From an uncultured Candidatus Poseidoniales archaeon (GTDB taxonomy: Archaea > Thermoplasmatota > Poseidoniia > Poseidoniales > Thalassarchaeaceae), in the NCBI GenBank assembly GCA_905182515.1, contig CAJJBW010000001.1:18275-82274 (forward strand): a DNA stretch of 64,000 nt. The letters are read 5' to 3'. Positions 38,331 through 46,741 of the stretch are shown piece after piece. The notes under the pieces were generated by a model, which did not search any database, was not told the origin of the DNA, and was given only the letters and a program-made list of their open reading frames with translations. Position 1 is the stretch's first letter, and the number at the start of each line of letters is the position of its first letter. The position numbers and the translations under genes were made by a program.

Positions 38331-38382
38331 TAGGCTCACATTATCTATAATTTCATAGTTACGAGAGTTTATATCATAAAAG

Positions 38383-39984
38383 TTATTTCTTGGGCCCAGT
38401 CATTTCTTTAGCAATCACCCATTGATTAAATTGTTCATTGGTTAGCAACCCTAATTCAATTGCACTTTGCCTCAATGTTAAATTATTTTCATGTGCATTC
38501 TTGGCAATTTTTGCCGAGTTATCATATCCGATATGCGAATTTAATGCTGTAACCAACATTAATGAATTTTCTAAATGTTCAGATATTTTTTCTTCATTGG
38601 CAGTAATTCCAATTATACAGTTTTTTGTAAACGACTTACAACAATCAGATAATAGTTCAATGCTATGAAGAAGATTGTATATAATCATAGGTTTAAACAC
38701 ATTTAACTCAAAATTACCTTGACTTCCCCCTATTGATATGGCTGTATTATTCCCCATCACTTGGCAGCATACCATAGTCATAGCTTCGGCTTGAGTTGGA
38801 TTTACCTTTCCTGGCATTATACTTGATCCTGGCTCATTTGCTGGAAGAGATAATTCGCCAAATCCACATCTTGGTCCTGACCCTAGCCATCGGATATCAT
38901 TTGCTAACTTCATTAGTGACACTGATAATGTATTTAGTGCGCCCGATGACGATACTATGGCATCATGTGCTGCAAGTTGAGAAAATTTATTATTTGCAGA
39001 TTCAAAAGGTAAACCAGTTTTTTTTGCCATTTTTAAAGCCACTAACTCAGAAAAATCAGGATGTGTATTCAGCCCAGTACCTACTGCTGTACCTCCAAGA
39101 GCAAGCTCAAAGAGATCTATGAGTGTAAATTCAATTCTCTTGATATCTGCATCTAGCATTGCAACATATCCTCCAAATTCTTGGCTAAGCGTTAATGGGA
39201 CTGCATCCATAAGGTGTGTCCTACCAATTTTTACAATACCTTCGAACTCTTTTACTTTATTTGAAAGTTCAGACCTGAGATATCTTACAGATGGTAGTAA
39301 ATCATGATAAATTTCTTCTGCTGCGGCTAAATGCATAGCTGTTGGGAATGTATCATTGCTCGATTGTGCCATATTTACATGGTCGTTTGGATGAACTGGT
39401 TTTTTACTTCCGAGTACTCCATTGACAATTTCTATAGCCCTATTCGCTATTACCTCGTTGGCATTCATATTAGTTTGTGTTCCGGAACCAGTTTGCCAAA
39501 TTCGAAGTGGAAAATGCTCATCCAAACTACCAGATATAACTTCTTCACATACATTGATTATTAATTTACCAATTTCAGAATCTAATTCCCCTAACTCAAC
39601 GTTTACTTCTGCTGCTGACTGTTTCAAAATACCAAATGCCCTAATTATTGACCTAGGCATTAAGTCATTTCCTATATTGAAATTTACCAATGACCTAGCA
39701 GTTTGAGCACCATAATATCTATCAGCAGGAACTTCAATTACGCCCATTGTATCTTCTTCTTTTCTTATCTCCCCCTTGGGTAAACTAGGATTTATTTCTA
39801 TAACAATATCAGAATTTTTAATTTTTGAGATTTTTGAGTTTAACGATTCTAAAATCATCTGGGAAATTGTTGCTGATCTACCAGAATTTTTACCTTTACC
39901 AACGTTTAAGTCTAGTTTTAGCGCTATTTCTTCTGGTACACTAATTGTCATTATTCTACGGTCGCCTGCGCGATGTTTTCCCAT
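38383..39984 (-). CDS. fumC: class II fumarate hydratase with N-terminal ribbon-helix-helix-like extension
   Basis: [13 protein letters not shown], the signature [16 protein letters not shown], and [19 protein letters not shown] mark the canonical N-terminus at about aa 72. Residues 1-56 ([39 protein letters not shown]) look like a CopG/Arc RHH domain. Confidence 0.9.
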   Translation of the reverse strand: MGKHRAGDRRIMTISVPEEIALKLDLNVGKGKNSGRSATISQMILESLNSKISKIKNSDIVIEINPSLPKGEIRKEEDTMGVIEVPADRYYGAQTARSLVNFNIGNDLMPRSIIRAFGILKQSAAEVNVELGELDSEIGKLIINVCEEVISGSLDEHFPLRIWQTGSGTQTNMNANEVIANRAIEIVNGVLGSKKPVHPNDHVNMAQSSNDTFPTAMHLAAAEEIYHDLLPSVRYLRSELSNKVKEFEGIVKIGRTHLMDAVPLTLSQEFGGYVAMLDADIKRIEFTLIDLFELALGGTAVGTGLNTHPDFSELVALKMAKKTGLPFESANNKFSQLAAHDAIVSSSGALNTLSVSLMKLANDIRWLGSGPRCGFGELSLPANEPGSSIMPGKVNPTQAEAMTMVCCQVMGNNTAISIGGSQGNFELNVFKPMIIYNLLHSIELLSDCCKSFTKNCIIGITANEEKISEHLENSLMLVTALNSHIGYDNSAKIAKNAHENNLTLRQSAIELGLLTNEQFNQWVIAKEMTGPKK

Positions 39985-40039
39985 ATTCTAATTTAATTAA
40001 TAATTATTAATAAAGTATTTCATATTCTGATTTGCAAAA

Positions 40040-40525
40040 TTATTGTATTCTTCTTACTGATATTATTTGTTGAGCAACCTCTGGCTTATCTCTAAAATTT
40101 GTAGGTTGACTTTCTATTACTTTTACTATGTCCATTCCCTTTACTACTTCACCAAATACAGCATGATTCCCATTTAACCACGGAGTGGCGACTGTTGTTA
40201 AGAAAAATTGTGATCCCCCCGTATTCTTACCTGCATTCGCCATTGAAAAAAGACCTGGTTTATCATGTAATTTTGCAAGTGCAGATTCTTCACAAGGTAT
40301 TTGCCAACCCGGGCCTCCTGTTCCTGCAGCCCTACTTTCTGGATCTGAAGATTTGGGGCAACCGCCCTGTATCATAAAATCTTTAATTATACGATGAAAA
40401 TGTAACCCATCATAGAACCCATCATCAACTAACTTAAGGAAATTTGAAGTTGTTTCTGGGCAATCTTTGGTATAGAGCTCAATTTGAATTTCTCCCTGTG
40501 TTGTCAGCATGGTAACATATGTCAT
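40040..40525 (-). CDS. peptidyl-prolyl cis-trans isomerase, cyclophilin type
   Basis: FHRIIKDFMIQGG, SMANAGKNTGGSQFF and HAVFGEV. Confidence 0.92.
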   Translation of the reverse strand: MTYVTMLTTQGEIQIELYTKDCPETTSNFLKLVDDGFYDGLHFHRIIKDFMIQGGCPKSSDPESRAAGTGGPGWQIPCEESALAKLHDKPGLFSMANAGKNTGGSQFFLTTVATPWLNGNHAVFGEVVKGMDIVKVIESQPTNFRDKPEVAQQIISVRRIQ

Positions 40526-40583
40526 ATCTCAAAGGGGAGCAATGAGGCTCATGAGTCTAACGGTCACTCATTAAGAAAATATA

Positions 40584-40982
40584 TCAAGAAATTACGGATC
40601 CAATTAAAGTAGTTCGAGGTACTTCCAAGAGTTTTACTGTTCCATCTGGATCTAAAGCCCCCAGGATTAAAAATTGTGAAACAAATCCTTTCGGTAACGT
40701 CTTATCTCCTAGATTTACTGCACCTACCACTTTACGGCCAATTAATTGGCCCCTGGAGTAATTAGTTACTTGTGCTGAAGTCCAAAGCTTTCCTAAAACT
40801 GGACCAAAATTTGCTTTAATTTTATATGATGGTTTTCTCATTTCAGGAAATTCTTCTACTTCTAATATCTCGCCAACTCTCATATCGAGAGAGAAAAACC
40901 CTTGTACACCCAAATATTCTTTTTTACTAATTTTTTCAGGATGATATGGATTTTGATTTGAATCTATACGATGTTGGGCCAT
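40584..40982 (-). CDS. csaA: tRNA-binding (CsaA/EMAP-type OB-fold) protein
   Basis: LDMRVGEILEVEEFPEMRKPSYKIKANFGP and GRKVVGAVNLGDKTL. Confidence 0.8.
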   Translation of the reverse strand: MAQHRIDSNQNPYHPEKISKKEYLGVQGFFSLDMRVGEILEVEEFPEMRKPSYKIKANFGPVLGKLWTSAQVTNYSRGQLIGRKVVGAVNLGDKTLPKGFVSQFLILGALDPDGTVKLLEVPRTTLIGSVIS

Positions 40983-41567
40983 TCACTCTTCTCCTGTGAT
41001 ATCTGACCTAACGACCAAGGGTATTAATGGTATTTGAGCATCTTTGAATGCCTTAATGCCTCCCTCTTGCCTATCTAGTATGGTTATACAACCGACGACG
41101 ATACAACCAACTTCTTGGAGTCTTTTTGCAGCCTTTAATGCAGAACCACCAGTAGTAGTAACATCTTCTAAAAGAATAATATGATCGTTTTTGTTTAGAC
41201 TTGCCCCCTCGATCCCTGGAGGATTGCCGGTCTTTCTCCCGCCTCTACCTTTAGGTTCCTTACGAATTATAAATCCTTTTAATTTGGAGTCTTTTTCTGC
41301 TTTAGCAATTGCTATTCCTGTCAAGGGTACTGCGCCGAGTTCCAATCCTCCAATAGCATCTACCTTAGTAAAATTTCTAATTGTGTCATGTATCATAATA
41401 CCCAGTAAATGAGCGCATTCTGGGTTCATCATAACTGGTTTCATATCGAAAAAGTGTGGACTAGTTCGACCGCTTGCCAAGGTGAAGAGATCATCAGGAG
41501 AATGAAGGTAAGATAGTTCTTTTATATTGCTAATAAGTTTTAATTTTGCTTCTTGGATAGGAGTCAT
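40983..41567 (-). CDS. pyrE: orotate phosphoribosyltransferase
   Basis: The PRPP-binding motif HIILLEDVTTTGGS is present in a 194-aa protein. Its stop abuts the csaA start. Confidence 0.88.
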   Translation of the reverse strand: MTPIQEAKLKLISNIKELSYLHSPDDLFTLASGRTSPHFFDMKPVMMNPECAHLLGIMIHDTIRNFTKVDAIGGLELGAVPLTGIAIAKAEKDSKLKGFIIRKEPKGRGGRKTGNPPGIEGASLNKNDHIILLEDVTTTGGSALKAAKRLQEVGCIVVGCITILDRQEGGIKAFKDAQIPLIPLVVRSDITGEE

Positions 41568-41640
41568 CTGTGTATTCTCTTAACTATGGAAATACTAGGA
41601 CCGAATGAACGTTATCCTAAATATGTCCTAAAAAAGTTGA

Positions 41641-41679
41641 TATCGCAGTCAATGTTCTTGTGCGACCTATCGCAGTCAA
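41641..41679 (+). repeat. tandem direct repeat TATCGCAGTCAA x2 (27-nt period) upstream of polD DP2
   Basis: Exact 12-mers lie at 41641-41652 and 41668-41679 in the 135-nt pyrE/polD divergent spacer, 30-70 nt upstream of the DP2 start. Confidence 0.6.
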
Positions 41680-41710
41680 GTATTATCGGTGACCGAGGGG
41701 TGTGTATGAA

Positions 41711-44700
41711 ATGTTAGAAAAAAATATTCGTACAATAACATATAATTCCGAAGTTTTGGAACAAGAGTCTAAAAAATATCAAGAATGGTTAGATGAAAAA
41801 ACTGAAGAAGTTTATAATTTAGCTTCAAAAGCGAAATTAAAAAATTTAGATTTTGAAAATTACATAGAAATTCCTAGAGCTTCTGACCTTGCAAGTAGAA
41901 CTGAAAAACTTCTCCAGAAAGACTATTTGAAGGACTTATCAATAGAAGATGATTTACGTAAATTGCTAAAAGAGTATGATAGAGAAACTACATCAATAAA
42001 AATAGGCGTGGATGTAGCCAAGCGTAAATTTGAAGAAACAAAGGACTTGCAAATATCAATAGATTGTGGATTAAGAGTCGGATTGGCTGTCCTTACAGAA
42101 GCAGTTTTAGTAGCGCCATTAGAAGGAATTGGTGATGTTAGAATATTAAATAACGTAGACGGTTCAGAATTTTTATCAATAGATTTCTGTGGGCCGATTC
42201 GTGCTGCAGGAGGGACTGCACAGGCACTCGGCGTACTTATTGGAGATATGATTAGGAGAGAATTAGGAGTAAGCAGATACATACCAACTACAGATGAAGT
42301 TGAAAGAGTAAAAGAAGAATTTGGCCTATATAGAGTTGGGTTACAATACAAACCTCCTCCTGAAGAGATAGAAACAATAGTTAGAGCGTGCCCAGTGATG
42401 ATTAATGGAGAAGAAACCGAAAAAAATGAATGTGCTGGATTCAAAGAAGTTCGGAATGTAATAAATTCTAATGGTACCCCTAGAACAAGAATAAGGGGTG
42501 GTGTAATGCTAGTTATCGGGGAAGGTTTATGCCTCAAAGCGCCAAAAATTAAAAAACATGTAGAGCGCTTAAAAATAGCCGGTTGGGAATTTATTTCTGA
42601 CTTTGCAGATAAAGGGAAAAAAAAGGAAGAGGGCGTGGTTTTCAAGTCAAGAACTATTCCAAAAATTACAAGATTTATGGATGATGTTATTGCTGGAAGG
42701 CCAATTTTTGGAGAACCAGGAGAACCAGGAGGTTTTAGACTCAGATATGGAAGAAGCAGAGTTACCGGATTGGCCGCTGCAGGAATTAATCCAATTACTA
42801 TGGAAGCGATGGGGGGATTTTTATCAGTTGGAACTCAAATGAAAACAGAAAGGCCGGGTAAGGCGTGTGCGGTAACTCCTTGTATCGATATTGATGGCCC
42901 TCTAATACTAGATATTGAAGGTAATTATAAGCTTATCAAAAGCATAGAAGAATGGCACAAGATTGAAAATAAAATACATTCTATTTGGGATTCTGGAGAA
43001 ATATTAATAGGATTTGGAGAGTTTTTGGAAAATAATAAAAATTTAGTTCCTTCATCTTATTCTAAAGATTGGTGGGCTGCTGATCTTGCAGAAGCTTTGG
43101 ATCATCCAGATAAAGTAGATAAATTCGCTAAAATAATAAATATTAAAAAATCAAAATTACCGTTAGGTGTACCATTCACGGGTGCAATTAATCGAGGAGG
43201 GGAGAATCCGATAGATAGGAATTGGAGAAAACGGGATTGGATATCTTTCTTAAAAAATTGTAAATTAAATTGGGACCAAGTCTATGAAATATCACAAAAC
43301 TTTGCTACTGCAGTGCCCCCTCCATGGAACATTTGGTGGTCGGATTTACCAATTGTTGCAGTTCCATTGTTGGTGGATGCATTAGTAACTTCTGGAATAG
43401 AGTATGGTAATTTAAGATTAAAGGAGGTAGTCAAAAATTGGAACATTAATAATGAATTACCGGGGTCAATATCAGAAGAAATATTAGAGGAATTTCCAAA
43501 AACATCCGAAATAAAAATACATGGCGTTATAAAATGTGCGTTGATGACTCTTGGATTAGAACATCATCATGAAGGTCAGGATATAATTATACCCAGAAAT
43601 TGGGAAGGGTTATTGGATGGTTTGGGTTTAAAAATTAAATCTAAATCGATAATAAAAAATTTAAATTATACACCTTATGTAATCGATAGGATATCAAAAT
43701 TAAAAGCTGCAAATATAGTAATTAATGAAGAAAGGGAAAGGTCGAAGATTCTAAAGAAAAAGAGGGAGAATTCGAGAAGGGAGGCAACCACGGGAGCAAT
43801 GCAATCAGGGCTAGACTCTTCCGAAACTGAAAGAGTTGGGGAGACTGCAGCAAATAAAATAATTGATAAAGGACCACGGGATTTAAAGTTGTATCAAAAT
43901 GCTATGAAATTGGTTGATGATAATAAAGTGGAAAAGACATTGTGGCTAGTGAGGAATTTGTCTTCAATTAGATGGGAGGATGCAGTGCCCTGCAGGATTG
44001 GAGCAAGAATGGGGCGACCTGAGAAATCTGGAATTAGGGAGATGAAACCCATGGTGCATGCTTTGTATCCAATTGGAGGAGCAGGGGGGCCTCAAAGACT
44101 AATGCAACAAGCATCAAAGAAGGTTAAAATCACGGTAGAGATGTCTCCAAGAATTTGTGGAAAATGTGGAAAGAATTCGGGTCATATTATTTGTCATAAT
44201 AGAGTTGATCAAAGCAATCCGATTGAATGTGGAGGAAGGACTTCTTTAAGAACGCAAAAAAAACAACAAAGGAGAAGAATTGGAGAAAGAACACATGTCC
44301 CTATTGAATCGATATTAGAGGTGAAAAGGAGATCTTTAGGATTAGAACGTTTGCCTGAAAGAATAAAAGCGATGAAAGAATTGATTTCAAGATTACAAAC
44401 ACCCGAACCAATTGAAAAGGGCATATTGAGGGCAAAGCACAATTTATCTGTATTTAGAGATGGGACAGCCAGATATGATATGATAGATGTTCCAATAACC
44501 CATTTCCGTCCATCGGAAATTGGCACCCCCTGGAAAAGTCTGTATAATTTAGGATATAATTATGACATGTATGGCAAAGAATTAAAATCAAATGAACAAA
44601 TATTAGAATTATTTCCTCAAGATTTTATTCCATCAATAAATGGTAAAGACCATCTAATTTCAACCTGTAAATTTATAGATGAATTATTAATTAGGTTTTA

Positions 44701-45679
44701 TAAAATGGAGCCTTTTTACAATGTTAAAAGTGAATTAGATTTAGTTGGCCAATTGGGTATCGGACTTGCTCCGCACACATCTGGAGGGGTTTTGTGTAGA
44801 ATAATTGGATGGACATCTGCATCTGCAGGTTATGCTCATCCGTTATTTCATGCTGCAAAAAGAAGGAATTGTGATGGCGATGAAGATAGTATTATGCTTC
44901 TTCTTGACGGATTATTAAATTTTTCTAGATCTATTTTACCATCAGGTAGGGGCGGTAAGATGGATGCCCCATTAGTGCTTTCTACTAGAATCAACCCAAG
45001 TGAAATAGATAAAGAAGCACTTAATGTAGATTGTTCATGGAACTACTCTAGTTCTTTTTATGAATCTACGCTTACTCAACCGCATCCTAACGGTATAATC
45101 AATTTAGTTGACTTAGTGTCACATAGAGAAGGTACTATTGGAGATAAAAGAGGGTATGGTTGGACGCATGATTCTGGGCCATTAGATGCTGGCCCAAAAA
45201 ATTCATCTTATAAGACATTAAAAAGTATGAAAGATAAAATGGATGGTCAATTAAATCTTGGAAAACGACTAAGGGCTGTTGATGCAACAAAAGTAGCATC
45301 TAAGGTTATTCAATCTCATTTCTTGCCGGATATGAGAGGCAATATGATGGCATTCACTAGGCAATCCGTCAGATGTGTTAAATGTGGAGAAAAATATAGA
45401 AGAATGCCTTTAGCTGGTAAATGCATCAAAAGAAAAACTATCAGTACTGGATTTGATACCATTTCAAGAGATGATGATGGATCATTATGTAATGGCAATG
45501 TAATATTAACAGTTTCAAAAGGTAATGTTAAAAAGTATATTCAAATTACTAAAGACGTAATTGAAGAATTCGGGGTAGACATGTATACCAAACAGAGAGT
45601 AGAATGGACATCAGACAGTGTTGATTCTTTATTTAATAATGATTCAGTTACTGTTATGACTTTGGAAGATTTCTTTTAA
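41711..45679 (+). CDS. polC: DNA polymerase II (PolD) large subunit DP2
   Basis: About 1320 aa. FCGPIRAAGGTAQA, the C-terminal Zn modules (CGKCG..., RCVKCGEKYRR) and NCDGDEDSIMLL mark the catalytic region. The ATG 41711 start is preferred (GGGGTG Shine-Dalgarno); the ORF is open from GTG 41702. Confidence 0.93.
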   Translation: MLEKNIRTITYNSEVLEQESKKYQEWLDEKTEEVYNLASKAKLKNLDFENYIEIPRASDLASRTEKLLQKDYLKDLSIEDDLRKLLKEYDRETTSIKIGVDVAKRKFEETKDLQISIDCGLRVGLAVLTEAVLVAPLEGIGDVRILNNVDGSEFLSIDFCGPIRAAGGTAQALGVLIGDMIRRELGVSRYIPTTDEVERVKEEFGLYRVGLQYKPPPEEIETIVRACPVMINGEETEKNECAGFKEVRNVINSNGTPRTRIRGGVMLVIGEGLCLKAPKIKKHVERLKIAGWEFISDFADKGKKKEEGVVFKSRTIPKITRFMDDVIAGRPIFGEPGEPGGFRLRYGRSRVTGLAAAGINPITMEAMGGFLSVGTQMKTERPGKACAVTPCIDIDGPLILDIEGNYKLIKSIEEWHKIENKIHSIWDSGEILIGFGEFLENNKNLVPSSYSKDWWAADLAEALDHPDKVDKFAKIINIKKSKLPLGVPFTGAINRGGENPIDRNWRKRDWISFLKNCKLNWDQVYEISQNFATAVPPPWNIWWSDLPIVAVPLLVDALVTSGIEYGNLRLKEVVKNWNINNELPGSISEEILEEFPKTSEIKIHGVIKCALMTLGLEHHHEGQDIIIPRNWEGLLDGLGLKIKSKSIIKNLNYTPYVIDRISKLKAANIVINEERERSKILKKKRENSRREATTGAMQSGLDSSETERVGETAANKIIDKGPRDLKLYQNAMKLVDDNKVEKTLWLVRNLSSIRWEDAVPCRIGARMGRPEKSGIREMKPMVHALYPIGGAGGPQRLMQQASKKVKITVEMSPRICGKCGKNSGHIICHNRVDQSNPIECGGRTSLRTQKKQQRRRIGERTHVPIESILEVKRRSLGLERLPERIKAMKELISRLQTPEPIEKGILRAKHNLSVFRDGTARYDMIDVPITHFRPSEIGTPWKSLYNLGYNYDMYGKELKSNEQILELFPQDFIPSINGKDHLISTCKFIDELLIRFYKMEPFYNVKSELDLVGQLGIGLAPHTSGGVLCRIIGWTSASAGYAHPLFHAAKRRNCDGDEDSIMLLLDGLLNFSRSILPSGRGGKMDAPLVLSTRINPSEIDKEALNVDCSWNYSSSFYESTLTQPHPNGIINLVDLVSHREGTIGDKRGYGWTHDSGPLDAGPKNSSYKTLKSMKDKMDGQLNLGKRLRAVDATKVASKVIQSHFLPDMRGNMMAFTRQSVRCVKCGEKYRRMPLAGKCIKRKTISTGFDTISRDDDGSLCNGNVILTVSKGNVKKYIQITKDVIEEFGVDMYTKQRVEWTSDSVDSLFNNDSVTVMTLEDFF

Positions 45680-45680
45680 T

Positions 45681-46682
45681 TCATATAAAACTTAGAATTA
45701 TTGCAATAGGGTCTCCAATAACAATCAAAGGAAATATCGCAATAAAAAGATACGTCACAAATGGATGTTTGGTAGTGACCCAAATTTTCTCTATATTATG
45801 TTCTTTAAAAATATCAATTTTTTCTTCTATAGTCTTATTTTCACTCTCATTACTAGGCAAAAAACGATTATATGTAGTAATATATTCTCCTTCATCATCA
45901 GTTAAAACTTCAGATAAAATCCAGATATTCTTGCCTAAAGCTTCTGATAATATAACTTTTTTTGCGTGCCATGCAATTTTTAAATCAGATAATGATATAA
46001 TATTTTTTTGCATGATATTTCTAACTAAGTAAATAGGGGGCATAATAATAAAAACACTGCTTCCCCATAAAAATAATATAAATGATGGCGGCAATTGCAT
46101 TATAATATCTTCTTTATCTACAAATGAAGTTTGATAAATATATGGTTGCGGAATAAAGGCCCAGCTGGGAATTAAAAGAGTAGTCCAAATTAATGCCTTA
46201 ATATCAGCACCACCTTGGATCAAACCTAATTTCCATACAAGTATGTAAAAAATCATTGATAATGAGGCGCTTAGTAATGTCCACCACAACATTACATCAT
46301 GGTTTTCAGTTCCAAGAACTAAAGAATAGTAGTCTATTCGAGTGTAATTTAATATTCCTCCACATAAACCTATTATCCCGATTATATAGCATGATATTAT
46401 AAGATAATTAGTTAAATTAATTTTTTTTACTTCTCTTAGATTGGGAAGAATATTAACTGTGGAAGCCGCAATAGAAATTAAAATAAAAACCATAAATAAA
46501 TTCCAAACAGAATATTTGGATATGATGACATCTAAAATAAGTAGTAAAATTGCGAAGGGTGAAAAATATATCCAATGTTTATTTTTTACAAGAAAATTAG
46601 AAAAGTCTGATTTACCAGCAATTAATAAACATGAAATTAGTAAAAACACTCTAGCATAATCAAGTGCGAAGGTACTATTCAC
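45681..46682 (-). CDS. flaK: preflagellin (prearchaellin) peptidase, A24 family (FlaK/ArlK)
   Basis: It is polytopic, with a first catalytic Asp context (GKSDFSNFLVKNKHW), a second in GGADIKAL (GxGD-type), and a soluble insert before the last helix as in FlaK. Confidence 0.75.
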   Translation of the reverse strand: MNSTFALDYARVFLLISCLLIAGKSDFSNFLVKNKHWIYFSPFAILLLILDVIISKYSVWNLFMVFILISIAASTVNILPNLREVKKINLTNYLIISCYIIGIIGLCGGILNYTRIDYYSLVLGTENHDVMLWWTLLSASLSMIFYILVWKLGLIQGGADIKALIWTTLLIPSWAFIPQPYIYQTSFVDKEDIIMQLPPSFILFLWGSSVFIIMPPIYLVRNIMQKNIISLSDLKIAWHAKKVILSEALGKNIWILSEVLTDDEGEYITTYNRFLPSNESENKTIEEKIDIFKEHNIEKIWVTTKHPFVTYLFIAIFPLIVIGDPIAIILSFI

Positions 46683-46741
46683 AAGACGAAGGGGTTATTC
46701 ATCAATCATCAAGACTTCCGTGTTTTATGTCAATAAACACA

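Noticed and set aside
41711-45679. Intein or mobile insertion in PolD DP2.
   Set aside because: The length (about 1320 aa) is within the normal DP2 range. I saw no intein block motifs (C/S..TH..; HN-C/S/T junction) interrupting the colinear sequence.
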